Shown here piece by piece: positions 47,546 to 60,739 of a stretch of 64,000 nt of DNA (its first letter is position 1; the number at the start of each line of letters is the position of its first letter). The DNA lies in NCBI RefSeq assembly GCF_016432865.1, contig NC_067403.1, positions 248,062,001 through 248,126,000 on the forward strand. Direction: 5' to 3'. Under the pieces are notes generated by a model, which made no database searches, was not told the origin of the DNA, and worked only from the letters and a program-made list of their open reading frames with translations. Made by a program: the position numbers and the translations under genes. Source of the DNA: Antechinus flavipes. Taxonomy: Eukaryota.

Positions 47546-48055
47546 CTAAGGATAATTGGATAGGTCAAGACTAGCAGGAATGAAATGCATGTTGTCCAGT
47601 AGAGAGAAATAAAGATGTGATGCCCAAGAATGAACATCTAAAACTTTTCTGAAAGCGTTATTGACTTCTTGTTCCTCAAGCTGTAGACCAGAAGGGTCAG
47701 GATTGGAATATTCATGATACAGAACCAGAAGCCATTTTGTCCATGTCCATGTGACTAGACCTCGATTGCAAGTATTTGAAAGTGATTGTCCCATAGAATA
47801 TGGACACTGCTATGAGGTGGGATGTACAACTGGAAAAGGCTCTCTTCTCACCCTCAGCAGAACGGAGTTTCAGAATAGCAGCTAGGATAAAGAGATTAGA
47901 AGTAAAAATGATTATGAGGACAAAGGAGATATTGAATCCTCCCAATATAGAGAGCTCCCACTCATTAATAGGAATATCAGAGCAGGAAAGAGCCAGGGAA
48001 TGGGGAATATCCCAAAAAAGTGAGGAACTATATTGAAACTACAGAAGGAGAGACT
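47546..48055 (-). pseudogene. OR5B: 5'-truncated OR5B pseudogene (OR-5), paralog of OR-4
   Basis: Aligns to OR-4 only from SLSFCS to the tail. It has 1-bp deletions near 48015 and 47725, loss of a Ser codon in SHSMD, and a degenerate PMLNP. Sequence switches abruptly at about 48055 to OR-6 3' flank. Confidence 0.9.
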
Positions 48056-49890
48056 TACACAAAAGTTTTTGTGTGTCAAAGGATTTTTTATACTGATGAT
48101 CCAGAGAGTATAGTTGAGACAGACATGTCTATTCTTAGCCTGAGAGAGATTATATTGCCATGATTTTTTTTTTTTGCTAGGAGTTAGACATGAATCATGG
48201 CCAGAAATTTAGAAGAATGCTCACAGTCTGTGAAACAATGAAGAAAGAAGATGCTCAAAATCCATGAACTAAGCAGCAGTGGAAGTTATAAGGATGATGT
48301 CCTCAGAACTGAGCTGGAGAGATGCCATAAATGGAGGCAGGGGGAAGATGAGAGATCAGCTAAAGAAAGGAAAGCCAAACTGTAGCATAGAGAAAGGAGG
48401 TGGCAGGAAGGGTGCAACATAATACAGTGGACACAATTCTGCATCTGCATTCAGGAAGACCTCAGTTAAAATTCCCACCTGAGACAATTATTCCCTGTGT
48501 GTGCCTGGGTAAGTCACTCTGCCTGCTTCATCTGTAAAATGGGATTATAAAAACAGTCCATTGTTAGTAGACTATCAAGATCTAGAAGACACTTAGAACA
48601 AAATGTTTGTAACAAAACTGCTTCTTGTAATCACATCTTCTTGGTCTGAGAGAAGTTCAAAGACAGATAATATCTCCCAAATTCCCTATCTTGTTGGTCC
48701 AATAAAAGGCACTACTATGTATTCTTTCATCTTGTTCTTTTTAACGTATATTATTTTCTTTATTTTGCGTTTTTTACACAATTTCAACTGGTCCCTCCTA
48801 GGTTCTAAGCAATCCTATTATACCTTCCTTATTAATTCACCATCCTACTCTCCACTATGGCTCTTCCAAATATTTTCATCTTCCTCCAAACTTTTCTTGG
48901 CTACCCTCTCCCCTCTCTCTCAGCTAAGAGTCTTGTCTTACATTTTATAGGAAAAATTGAGGTTATTCATGTGCGCTTTTCTTTCTCCCCTCTTCCTCAT
49001 ATCCTATTAGTGATACCTTCACTACCATCCCATGATAAAGTGGCCTTAGGATTTATCAAGGCTAATGTCTTTACATTTTTATGCAATCCTATTCCATTCT
49101 ATCTATTTCACTAGATTTACTCTTCTTTTATCCCCACTTTTACACTTATTTACAATATGTTCCCATCAATAAGATCATCCTTCCTACCTACAAACATGGT
49201 TATATCTCCCCAATCCTAAAAAAAAACCCAAACTTAATCATTTCATCTCCACTGCCAGCCTATATAATTTTCTCCCCCCCCTTTTAGATAAATTCCTTTA
49301 AAAAGGCATCGACTATAGATGCCTCTACTTCTCTCCTTTCAGTTATTAACCTTCTAATCTGACTTCTGAAATCATTCTATTGAAACTACTCTTTCCAAAG
49401 TTGCCAATGAAAGAGGGGAGGGTGAAAAGGGGGAGAAGAGAAAAAAATTAAAGGAGAGAGGAAGGGGGAGAGAAGGAAAGAGGAAGAAATAGAGGAAGAG
49501 GGAACAGCCAGTTTATTCTATTGACCAAAAGAGGAGTTAGAACCTGTGAGGAGAGTTTGGTTTCTTAAGCCTCAACCAGTCAGTCACTGGGAGACAATAT
49601 GAGCCTTTGTAATTCAGTGAGTAAGATAATTTCATTTTATATCATTATATCCCTACTGACTTAGATAATATATTCTAAATTAATGTTTATTTATAGTTTC
49701 ATTGTTCCTACACAGTAATCCTGCAAGGTGCCATGACTGTTAAGGTTCTTGTCAGCATTTGACTCTCTGTTTCTCCTCAGTCTAAGTATAATCCTTTTCC
49801 TACTATATTACACTGTATCTAGAAAAGGGAGATGTCAGTTTAAGATAAAATCATGATTTAGAGGCTAGAGTCTTTTTCTAGAAAGAAGTT

Positions 49891-50874
49891 TTAGATTTTG
49901 TCTTGTCTTAAGCAAAATGCTAAGCTTAATGAAATCTTTATCTCCCCCAAAGCTTTTCTGAAAGCAACATGGACCTCTTTGTTCCTTATGGTATAGACTA
50001 GAGGATTTAACATGGGAATGATCATGGTGTAGAATACAGAAGTCACTTTGTCTGTGTCCATAGAATGGCTAGAACTGGGTTGTAAGTACATAAAAATTAT
50101 TGTCCCATAAAATATGGACACCACAGAGAGGTGAGAAGCACAAGTAGAGAAGGCTTTCTGACGGCCCTCATTAGATTGGATCTTCAGGATGGCAATAAAG
50201 ATGAATAGGTAAGAAATAAAAATAAAGAAGAGTCCAAAAGAGATCGTGAATCCTCCTAAGATAAAGATTACCACTTCATTGATGTGTATATCAGAGCAGG
50301 AGAGAGCCAGGAGAACAGGAATATCACAGAAAAAGTGATGAACCACATTGGAACTACAGAAGGAAAGACTAAAGGTCTGTCCTGTAATAGTAGCAGAGTT
50401 CAAAATTCCACCAATATGTGCAATAATGGTCAGACAAGTGCACACACTTGATGTCATGGTGGTAGAATAATGTAGGGGCTTACACACTGCTGTGTATCTG
50501 TCATAGGCCATAACAGTGAGGAGATAAATTTCAGTAGTGCAAAAGCTTGAAAAGAAGAACATTTGTGCAGCACATCCATTGTAGGAGATGACCTTGCCCC
50601 CTGTGAGAAAACCAGCCATAACCTTGGGCGTGACAGCTGAGGAATAACCAAAATCTACCAGAGCGAGATTACTGAGAAAAAAATACATTGGAGTATGCAA
50701 GTGGGAGTCCCAGGAGATAAGGGCTACTATCCCTATGTTCCCCACAAGGGTGATGAGATAGATGATGGTGAACATTATGAAGAGAGGAACTTGAAGCTCT
50801 GGAGTATCTATTATTCCTGTGAGAATGAACTCACTCATCTCTGTTCTGTTCTTTATGGATGTCATTTGGGACAT
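49891..50874 (-). CDS. OR5B: Olfactory receptor, OR5B subfamily, intact (OR-6, 327 aa; possible start at MTS 50865)
   Basis: Full ORF: NRT site, [53 protein letters not shown]. Confidence 0.95.
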   Translation of the reverse strand: MSQMTSIKNRTEMSEFILTGIIDTPELQVPLFIMFTIIYLITLVGNIGIVALISWDSHLHTPMYFFLSNLALVDFGYSSAVTPKVMAGFLTGGKVISYNGCAAQMFFFSSFCTTEIYLLTVMAYDRYTAVCKPLHYSTTMTSSVCTCLTIIAHIGGILNSATITGQTFSLSFCSSNVVHHFFCDIPVLLALSCSDIHINEVVIFILGGFTISFGLFFIFISYLFIFIAILKIQSNEGRQKAFSTCASHLSVVSIFYGTIIFMYLQPSSSHSMDTDKVTSVFYTMIIPMLNPLVYTIRNKEVHVAFRKALGEIKISLSLAFCLRQDKI

Positions 50875-50989
50875 GGTTCATTCACCTGCAATAAAAAAGA
50901 AACTATTAAAAATACCTAAGACATTGAATTTCTCCCAGGCATAAATTCTTATTTATGGATATATTAGAACATATAAGATAATGTGAAAT

Positions 50990-53170
50990 TAAATAAGGAA
51001 ATAAAAATAAAATGTACAAGAAAGTGGTTTAGCAGTACCAGATTTTAAACTATATTATAAGGTTGTAATGATCAAAATTATCTGGTACTAAGAAATAGGT
51101 CAATCAATGGAAGACAGTAGACATATAATTTATGGCAGTAAATGAATATACTTATCCTGTATTTGACAAGTGTAATATTTTGAGGATAAAAATTCATTAT
51201 TTAATAAAAATTGTTGAGAAAACTGGCAACCATATGGCAGAAACTGGGCATAAACCCAAATCTTATGGCACTTATCATGATAAGATCAAAATGAATACTT
51301 GGCTTAGACATAAAGAGAGGGATTGCAACAAAATTTAAAGAACAAAGAATATATTACATCTCAGATTATGGAAAATTGAACAATTCATGAATAAAGAAGA
51401 GAGAGGAAAGTGGTAGTTATAAAATACTTTCAATTATATTACATTTAGAAGTTTTTGTGTAAATAAAACAAATGTAGAGATCAGGAGGAAAGCAGAAAAT
51501 TATAGACAGATTCTCAGATAAAGAGCTTATATCAAATCTGTGAAGAACATTCTTCAAATCTATAAGAATTTGTCACTCTCCAATTGATCAGTGGTCAAAG
51601 GATACGAATAATCAGTTTTCCAATAAAAAAATCAAAACAATTTATAGACATATGAAAAAACGCTCATGTCATTGGTTAGACAAATGCATTTAAAATTTGT
51701 GTTAAAAAACGCTATTTTTTAAGTATTATTTTACATCTATCAGATTAGCTAAAATGATTGAAGGGGGAAACAAAAGGTGTTGGAGGGTCTATGAAAAACT
51801 GAGACAGTAATTCACTGCTGGGGAAACTGTGAACTGATTCAACCATTTTGGAGGGCAATCTGGCAATTATTAAACTGTCTATCCCCTTTGACTCAGTAAC
51901 ACCACTAGCAGATCTATTTCCAAAGATGATTAAGAAAAAAGGAAAAGAACCTATGTATTCTAAAATATATATAGCAGTTCTTTTTGTGATTTCAAAGAAC
52001 TAGAAATTGTGAGGATGCCTATCAATTGTGGAATGGCTGAACAAGTTGTGGTATATAATTGTGATGAAATACCACTGTGCTGAAAGGCCTGGAGAGACTT
52101 ACATAAACTGATGCTGAATGAAATGAGCAGGACCAGGAGATCATTATATATTTCAACAACAATACTATATGATGATCAATTCTGATGGATGTGGCCCTTT
52201 TCAATAATGAGATGAACCAAATTAGTTCCAATAGAGCAGTAATGAACTGAACCAGCTACACCCAATGAAAGAACTCTGGGAGATGACTATGAACTACTAT
52301 GTAGAATTCCCAATCATTCTATTTTTGTGCACCTGCAATTTTGATTTCCTTCACAGGCTAATTGTACACTATTTCAAAGTCCAATTCTTTTTATACAGCA
52401 AAATAATTGTACATGCATACATATATTGTATTTAACCTATACTTTAACATATTTGACATATATTGGTCAACCTGCCATCTGGGAGAAGGGTGGGGGAAAA
52501 GAGGGGAAAAGTTGGAACAAAAGGTTTGGCAATTGTCAATGCTGAAAAATTATCCATGCATATATCTTGTAAATAAAAAGCTATATATATAAAAAGAAAT
52601 ACACTGTGCTATAAGAAATAGGGATCTTGAGGATGTTAGGAAAACATGGGTAAAAGTACATAAAATAATGCAGAGCAAAATGAACAGAACCAAGAGAACA
52701 TTGTATGTAATAACAATATTGTTAAAACAATTTTGTTTTATATTGTTTTTTATTTATATATATTGTTAAAACAATATTGTTTTAAGAATAATCTTGAATG
52801 ACTAAGTCATTTGGCTATTATAAAAACTAATTATAAAGGACCTATGAAATAAGGTACCTTCCACATACAGATAAAGAATTGATAAATAGAACTATATATA
52901 GAAAGGTTTTACATATACACATATTTGTATATAATGAAAGGGTGGGGACAAGAGAAAGAAAAAAGGAAAAAGGGATGGGGAGGAAAGTTAGAAGATATCT
53001 TATATATTTAAAAGCAATATATCTTATATAATTAAAAGCAATAGTAAGGTGTACACAAACATTTGCAGTTTCCCATACAGTAATCTTCCTCTCACTCCAT
53101 TAAACAAATTTGTGTATCATTTCCTAGGTTCAGAATATAATAAAATTAAAAACAAAAACAAAAACAAAAC
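50990..53170 (+). mobile_element. Older L1 ORF2 3' part plus 3' UTR in the OR-6 intron
   Basis: agcagtaccagattttaaactatattataagg...gattagctaaaatgattgaaggg; (aaaac)n tail at about 53150. Confidence 0.85.
52082..52595 (+). mobile_element. Young 5'-truncated L1 nested in the older L1
   Basis: TSD gaaatac(c)actgtgct at 52066-52081 and 52596-52610; 3' end ggaacaaaaggtttggcaattgtcaatgctgaaaaattatccatgcatatatcttgtaaataaaaagctat. Confidence 0.85.
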
Positions 53171-54644
53171 TAGGAAGCCATGTTAGAGACAGATTTGAGT
53201 GGCCTTAAATGTTATAATAAAGGATTTACATTATATCCCAGATACATTTTCTGATCTTAAAGTAAGACATAGATTCTTTGAGGGAACATTGGTCTTGAAT
53301 CCTTAACATATCTACCAGTGAATGGAATATAGTAGGCACTTGATGAATTAAATTGAATGGGATTGTTGAATTGCAGACAACCCAATTAAACCTGTGGGTC
53401 TCACCTTCCCTGTGTATAAGAAAATAATCACATTTATATTAAATTAAAAAATTGTTTATAAAGAAGACAGTCTAAAATTTAAAAGGTTAGAAAAGTCATC
53501 TTATTTCCCTATAGTTTTTTACACTTATATATGATAATGATAAGACACTTTTCTACAAATGTGTTGATGCAGATAGTCTTAGTGGATAGAACTAAGGACT
53601 TAAATTTAGAGAACATTTAAAATATATTCCTCCCTATTTATTTGCATTGTTGAGGCTCACTTAGGTAAAGATACTTATTACTTATATGAGCCTTAACAAT
53701 TCAAATACATTATCTTGTTCTCAGTTTTCTCACTTAGAAAATGGAGATAATGACAATTGTAGCACTTACCTTTCAGGGTTATACTGAGTTTCAAATGAGA
53801 CCATTGCTCTAAAGCATTTTGAAAACTCTAAAGAAAATTTAAATAAAACACTTTAGTACTGAGACATGAACCCATCTCTTTTCCTGATTTTAAATCTGCT
53901 CCAAATTTTAGCATCATGATCTGTACAAATATTCATTGATTTGTTGATAAATGTTTATTATCATGAAAAAACTCCTCGATTACCCCTTTGCTTAAAGCAA
54001 GATATGGCGGCAAAAGCAGAAGCATAATTCATAATAATGATTGTTCTTTATAAGGCTTTTAAAGTATACAAATTCTGTAATGCATCTTATTTGAATCTCA
54101 CAATAAGCTTATAAGGATGATGTTACATATGTTGTCAATTTGATTTTACAGCTGATACTAACAGAGTAATGAAATAATTTGCCTGTGGTTTCACAAGTAA
54201 CAATTTTTAGAACTAAGACCTTAATCTAGTCTTCCAGATTCTAGATAAAATCCTAAAGCATAATGCCACATTGTCACCCAGATGAGTCTTAGAATCTTAA
54301 ATTGGACCTTTCAGGGTATGACTGACTCATGTCATTGTAGGGAAAAGATGGTCAGACAATTCCCAAAGGGTCCAGGGCTTGAAATCTAAGACTCAGAAAG
54401 AAAATGAATATGATAAAGAAAGTTTCCTCTAGTACCTGGTAATAAGTATTTAAAGGTTCATAATTTTGTAGAGATCATCCTTGGTCATTATTGCTTCATG
54501 GAAAGCAGCAATTATGGTCATCTTTCTGCCTGTTGAATATCAGAATGAACAAAGGAAATTAAATGAGTAAGTGACTCAGACTCTTTTAGGTTGATCTCAC
54601 AGCATTGTGTGTTGAAAAAGACATTTTAGATGTGTGACTGAAAA

Positions 54645-54800
54645 TGGAGATTAGGGAGGGGCTTAATACAGATCCAGGAAAACGTTTCCTTGGAGATAAT
54701 TGGCTTTTCAGCCAAATAATATAAAAAACAAACCATTAAAGTCTTCTCTGATCATGAGGAGCAAACACTGATTGTCCATGGGGATCATTTTCTTCTAATT
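54645..54800 (-). promoter_or_regulatory. Candidate promoter module of OR-6
   Basis: ccttggaga 54688-54696, cattaa 54734-54739, gtccatgggg at about 54775; colinear with 9240-9390. Confidence 0.65.
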
Positions 54801-55074
54801 ACCTTTATCTTTCTTAGTACTTTGTTAGGGATGTAAAACACAAGGAACCTTGGTTATTAGGAATTCTGGCCTTAAGCTCTTAGCAAAGTGACCTCAAGCA
54901 AGACACTTAACTGGTATTTATTTGACCTTATTCATTTGTCAGATAAAGTTAATACTCCTTGTCTTTATAGCTTATAAATTCTTGTGAGTTTCAGATATAC
55001 TGAATTATGAAAGAGACAATATATTGCAGGCCAAAAAGTATTAAAAGCTAGAGTTCAGAGAATCAGTTGGATCT

Positions 55075-55410
55075 CTTTACCCTCAAGGAGATCATAAGCT
55101 AATGAGAAAGCAACAAATATACACAAATAAACTATATTCAGCATAAATAGGAAATGATTAATAGATCCCTCTATTAAGGGACATTAGGCATCAGAATGAA
55201 GAGGAACCACTTTCTGTGGAAGGTGGGGATTTTAGTAGGGACTTACAGGAGAACAGGGAAGCTAGTAAGCTGAATTGAGAAGGGAGAATAGTCCAATTAT
55301 GGGAGATAACCAGAGAAAATATCCAGAATAATGAGTTGGAGTTGCTCATAGAATAGTCAGGAGGTCAGTGTCACTAAATTGAAGAATATATGGAAGAAAG
55401 TAAGGTATAA
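55075..55410 (-). mobile_element. Internal L2 fragment present only in the OR-6 unit
   Basis: taccctcaaggagatcataagctaatg...gaatagtcaggaggtcagtgtcact. Confidence 0.65.
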
Positions 55411-56062
55411 TTTATTAACTTAGTCATATGGCTCTTTGTACATCAGTTTCCTGATCTGTAAAATTGTGATAATTATAATTGTTCATCCTAACCCTGACAA
55501 AGTCTACACAGGGGCTGTGTTCTTGAAGGATACATGCATATACATTTCTGTTAGACTTATGAATCAAAGTTATACTACACATTTAGTTTAATGAGTTCTA
55601 ATCAAAATAGTTGACAAAGTCTCACATGGTCTTCTAGGGACAACATGCAAATATGTAGGTTAGATATAAGTACACTCAGGATAAATCAGAATTGACTCAA
55701 TGGCCAAACCCAAAAACTAGTCAATGGCTCAGTTCAACACAGGAATTAGACTTGAGGGTAGAACTTTAAGAATCTCTCTTTGGTAGTATACTAGTCAACA
55801 TTTTAAAATCATTATTACAAATAGTATCCCTATTTCTAGATTCCTCTTAAAACTAGTATAAATGGGTTTTGGTTTTATATACAATCATTCATGGTGCCAA
55901 GTTAATATTGAGAAATCCTTTATGTTACCCTACAGAAATCAAAATGTAAAAATCTCCTTGGAACCTCTTAAAATGCAGAAGCAACTAACCATCCAAAGAA
56001 CTTGCCTGTTAAAATAGGATAGAACCTGGGGTTGTCATACTGATATCCTATTGAAATCCCTT

Positions 56063-56217
56063 GATTAGTTAGGTGACTCAGTGGATTGAGCATAAACCCT
56101 GAAGTCAGGAGAACCTAAGTTTAAATCTGGCATTAGACACTTAACATTTCCTAGCTGTGTGATCTTGGGCAAGTCACTTAACCCCAATTGCCTCAACAGA
56201 AAAAAAAGAAGGAAAAA
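56063..56217 (+). mobile_element. WSINE1-type SINE with TSD
   Basis: TSD aaatccctt at 56054-56062 and 56218-56226; empty site in OR-1 at about 10307-10320. Confidence 0.9.
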
Positions 56218-56829
56218 AAATCCCTTTCTTTCACAAGGTTTTACACAAACCCTCCTAAGTTCTCAGGACCACCTTATAATTTATATTTTTTCCTGTATCT
56301 TCCTACATTGGCTATAGCTGAATCAGCAATACCCTTCTTATTGCATCTGCGAACTGATAATATTCTGAAAAAGAATCTGAACTGGGGTCTTTATGACTCC
56401 AAGACCTAAATTGCTTTGTTCACTCAGCACCCCTATCCAAAGAGTGCCTGGTTTTGCTCTCCTAATATGACAGTAAGCATAAACTAGGTTGCTGATCTTC
56501 CTCTTTATCCAGAGACCATGCTGCATCAAGAAGTTCCTTCTCTCTTTAGGACATCTTGTGGACAAATGAGAGCACTAGAATATGAGCCTTGGGCTCTTGT
56601 AGCACAACTGTGTACATGTTTTCATTGCTGCCTTCTCAGGAAATCAAGCATCAAATAAGTGTCTGACTAGTGCTCTGATAAAGAAGAGAGAGGCAAAAAT
56701 GAACAGAAACTTGAATTCCATTTTGGGGTTTCTAGTAAATGCATCTGGCTTTCTAAATTTGTCTTTTTTGTTCCTGAAGTGACCAGAGAGAAGTGACACA
56801 GATTTCAGGTCTGGGCTGCTATGCTTTTG

Positions 56830-57430
56830 TATGGAGAGAGAAAAGAAGAGGGAGAGAAAAAGAGACAGACACTACACAGACACAGAGAAACACACAGAGA
56901 AAGAAAGACAGAAAGACAGAGACACACATAGAGAGACAGAAAGACAGAGACACACATAGAGAGACAGAAAGACAGAGACACACATAGAGAGACAAAAAGA
57001 CAGAGACACTCATAGAGAGACAGAAAGACAGAGACACTCATAGAGAGACAGAAAGACAGAGACACACATAGAGAGACAGAAAGACAGAGACACACATAGA
57101 GAGACAGAAAGACAGAGACACACATAGAGAGACAGAAAGACAGAGACACACATAGAGAGACAGAAAGACAGAGACACACATAGAGAGACATTTTGAAAAA
57201 CAGACACACACAGAGAGACAGAAAAACAGAGACAGAGACACACACAGAGACAGACAGAGAGACAGACACACACACAGAGACAGACACACAGACAGGCACA
57301 GAGACACACAGAAAGACATAAATATAGAAAGTTATAGAAGACAGAAAATGGGAGAGAGACAGAGAGAAGAGAGAAAAACAAAGAGAGACATAGAAAGATA
57401 GAGAGGGAGAGAGGGACAAAGAGAGAGACA
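56830..57430. repeat. GA/CA-rich repeat containing 10 copies of a 28-bp minisatellite (about 56907-57190)
   Basis: Unit gacagaaagacagagacacacatagaga; catag recurs every 28 nt from 56927 to 57179. Confidence 0.95.
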
Positions 57431-58024
57431 GACAGTCCAGGTCCTTTTCAACACTATCAGGAAGGGTTGTTAATTCTGATTATTATGAGAATTATATTAT
57501 CAATTCACATGAAGGCAGACACGTCTGTATTCTTTGAGAACTCAGGTTCTCAAAGGACAATGGATGTGTTAGGTGATCTTATTAGTGGTTTTACCATTAT
57601 TCTTGGTTCTGGCACAAAACACTAATTGCTGTCAAAGGGCTATTTCAGAAATCCTTTCCAGGTGAGAATTATGATTCTATCAGGCTAACCTACTAAAATA
57701 AGAGAAATAAAATAAACACAGCAGACTTGATTTCCAAGTATTTTACATATAGCATCTTATTTAATTTTCACAAAACAGAGTAGTTAATCCAAAAATTATT
57801 TTCTCCATTTTACAGAGAAGTAAATTGTGTCAGAGAAAAGTTCAGAGACTTGCCCAGATTGTGTGATTACACAGTCAGAAAGGGTGAGGGTCAATATTGA
57901 GAAATAGGTGTCTCCTCCTTCCAAGTCCAGGACTCCTTCTATGACATAATTAGAAATATACACCTGCACATATAAGAAAAATAAGTAAAATATCAGCTTG
58001 GCTCCAAGAGAAGAAAAATGCAGG

Positions 58025-58975
58025 TTATAAATTTTCTAATTGAGATCTTTGTCCTCTGACAACTTTGTGAAAAGCACTCTTGACTTCTTTGTTCCTCAAA
58101 CTATAGACCAGAGGGTTCAACATGGGGATGACCATGGTGTAGAAAATAGATGCCATTTTGTCCGAGTCCATGGAATGGCTTGAGCTGGGTTGGAAGTACA
58201 TGAAGATGATTGTCCCATAAAATATAGACACTGCTGTGAGATGGGAAGCACAAGTGGAGAAGGCTTTTTGGCGGCCTTCAGCAGAACGGATGCTCAGGAT
58301 GGCAATGAAGATGAACAGGTAGGAAGTCAAGATAACCAGAAATGGAAAAAATACAGTGAATATTCCTAAAATAAATATTACCATCTCTATACTATGAATA
58401 TCAGAACAGGTTATAACTAGGAGAGGGGGAACATCACAGAAAAAATGATGGATCACATTGGATCTACAGAAGGAAAGGCTAAATGTGTCTCCTGTGACTA
58501 TGGAAGAATTTAAAAAGCCACAGATGTAAGCACCACTGGCCAAATGTGCACATACAGTCGATGTCATGGTAGTGGTGTAATGTAAGGGCTTACACACAGC
58601 TGCGTGGCGATCATAAGCCATGGAAGCCAAGAGGAAACTTTCAACTGTGGCAAAGGTCACAAAGAAGAAAATCTGTGCTGCACAGCCATAATAGGAGATG
58701 ACCTTGTCCCCTGTGAGGAGCCCAGCCATCACTTTGGGAGTAACAGCTGAGGAATAGCCAAAATCCACCAGAGAGAGGTTACTGAGGAAGAAGTACATGG
58801 GGGTGTGGAGATGAGAATCCCAGGAGATCAGAGCTACCATTCCCAGATTCCCTAAAAGGGTGATGAGGTAGATGAAGGTGAATATAATAAAGAGGGGAAC
58901 TTGAAGCTCTGGGGCATCTGTTAATCCTGTGAGGATGAACTCGTTCACTTTAGATTTGTTCTCCATAGATGTCAT
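58025..58975 (-). CDS. OR5B: Olfactory receptor, OR5B subfamily, intact (OR-7, 316 aa)
   Basis: Full ORF: NKS site, [53 protein letters not shown]. Confidence 0.95.
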   Translation of the reverse strand: MTSMENKSKVNEFILTGLTDAPELQVPLFIIFTFIYLITLLGNLGMVALISWDSHLHTPMYFFLSNLSLVDFGYSSAVTPKVMAGLLTGDKVISYYGCAAQIFFFVTFATVESFLLASMAYDRHAAVCKPLHYTTTMTSTVCAHLASGAYICGFLNSSIVTGDTFSLSFCRSNVIHHFFCDVPPLLVITCSDIHSIEMVIFILGIFTVFFPFLVILTSYLFIFIAILSIRSAEGRQKAFSTCASHLTAVSIFYGTIIFMYFQPSSSHSMDSDKMASIFYTMVIPMLNPLVYSLRNKEVKSAFHKVVRGQRSQLENL

Positions 58976-59027
58976 TTGTTATGCACCTGAAATAAAAGAA
59001 TAATCATTAGAAAAATATACTCTACAT

Positions 59028-59218
59028 CAGGAGTCCTCAAGCTTTTTAAATAGGGGCCAGTTCACTGCCCCTCAGACTGCTGGAGGGCCAGACTAGATTA
59101 AAAACAAAAACTTTGTTTTGTGGGCCTTTAAATAAAGAAACTTCATAGCCCTGGGTGAGGGGGACAAACGTCCTCAGCTGCTGCATCTAGCCCGTGCACC
59201 ATAGTTTGAGGACCCTTG
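59028..59218 (-). mobile_element. Non-autonomous hAT DNA transposon (OC1/OposCharlie1-type MITE, 191 bp)
   Basis: 16-bp imperfect TIRs caggagtcctcaagct / agtttgaggacccttg; left flank ctctacat fits the hAT NTCTAGAN target; internal sequence matches my recollection of the OC1 MITE. Confidence 0.85.
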
Positions 59219-59804
59219 CACATGATTAACATATGAAACATGTCAGAGACCTATCTTATAAGAGGGCTAGAAATAAGCAATTAAGGACCAAGAGCATCGA
59301 GGTAGTTGTGATACTGGTTACTTTAGGTCCTCAAAATTCACTCATTACATTTTCTCATAAAGAGTGAGCCCATCGCATATTCTCCTTTTAAAAATATAAA
59401 TTCAGCAATCCATATTCAGCAGTATGTCATTCTAGTCAATCTGACAATAAACAAGAGATTATTGTTGGGTGAAGCTTTGTAAACAAGGTGCCATTTAAAA
59501 TAGAAGGAAGGAAGACTCAAGTGTAATGCAGTTCTAGAAAAGTTTGAACCTTTTTGAATGAAATGGGATAGGCAACAAGTCTATTTTTTTAAATTTTTAA
59601 ATAGACTATATGCTCATATGAGGAAATCTGACGGAGTATAGAATTATGGTGTAAAATTTTTATACTGACAGTATAATCATATGCTGTTATAAATACTAAT
59701 TAATTAGAAGAGAAACTAGATCATGAATCTAGTAAAGATCACAAATTTGGCATGAAGGAATGGTTTATTAGTGATATGGGATTTTAATATCTGGGCATCT
59801 CTCA

Positions 59805-60020
59805 GAATTTTCTCTCATTGTCTCTCTATCTCTCTTTCAGTCTCTGTCTTTGAGTCCCTCTCCCATCTCTCTGTGTATTTTTTGATCTTTTTCTCATTCT
59901 TTCATTCTCATCTGTCTCATTCTCTTTGTCTTTTTCTCCCTTTTTCTATCTGCATGTTTCTTTGCCTTTGTCAATCTGTTTCTTTTTCTTTTATCATATA
60001 TCTACCTACATATTTCTTTG
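59805..60020. repeat. TC-rich low-complexity tract
   Basis: Direct reading. Confidence 0.8.
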
Positions 60021-60739
60021 CTCTCATTAAAGAGCAGGTATTGATTTCCTTTCATCAGTGATATTTTTCTACACCAAAAGTGAAGGGAACTCTAAGAGAA
60101 ATTCTATTCTTCATTTAATTCTCATGAAAGATGAGGATCAAAATATGAGAATGTTATAGGACTTGGAAGAAAGTATAAGATTTATTTTGATTAATTCTAC
60201 AGGGAATTCAAATCTGAAGGGATAGAAAGATCTTAATAAAATTTTGAAGATAAAGAAGAAAAATTGTCAAGTAGATAGTCGGATGTGAAAAAATTACAGT
60301 AGGGAGAAAAGGAGAGGTAACAGAGAATGAATGCAAAAGCAGAACTTATCTTGTAATAACAGAGTTGGAGGAGTGCCTAACTCAGCCTTAGCTGAGGGAT
60401 GCACAGAAAGCTTAACCACAAAAAGGATTTCTATTTTTTAATACAAAAAGTGACAATTTATGTAATCAAAATATAAACATATAAGGAACTGGAGTGATTT
60501 TGAAGGCTGATGAGATTAGAACAATAATTGATAAGCAAAGACAGATGCCCAATTTGTATTTTGTTTCTCTTTTCAATGACAAGAAGTATGACCTTTGAAT
60601 TTAGCAGAACAAAACATCTAGGGTTATTAAGGAATTGATATTTAAGATAATAGTAATGAGCACTGATATTAGTGAAGGGGAGAATGATTTATGTAACATT
60701 ATATGCCAGGGACTTTGTATTTTATTTCCTTTTATTCAC

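Noticed and set aside
56793-57419. Several 72-204-aa ORFs rich in SL/CV
   Set aside because: Translations of the GA/CA minisatellite.
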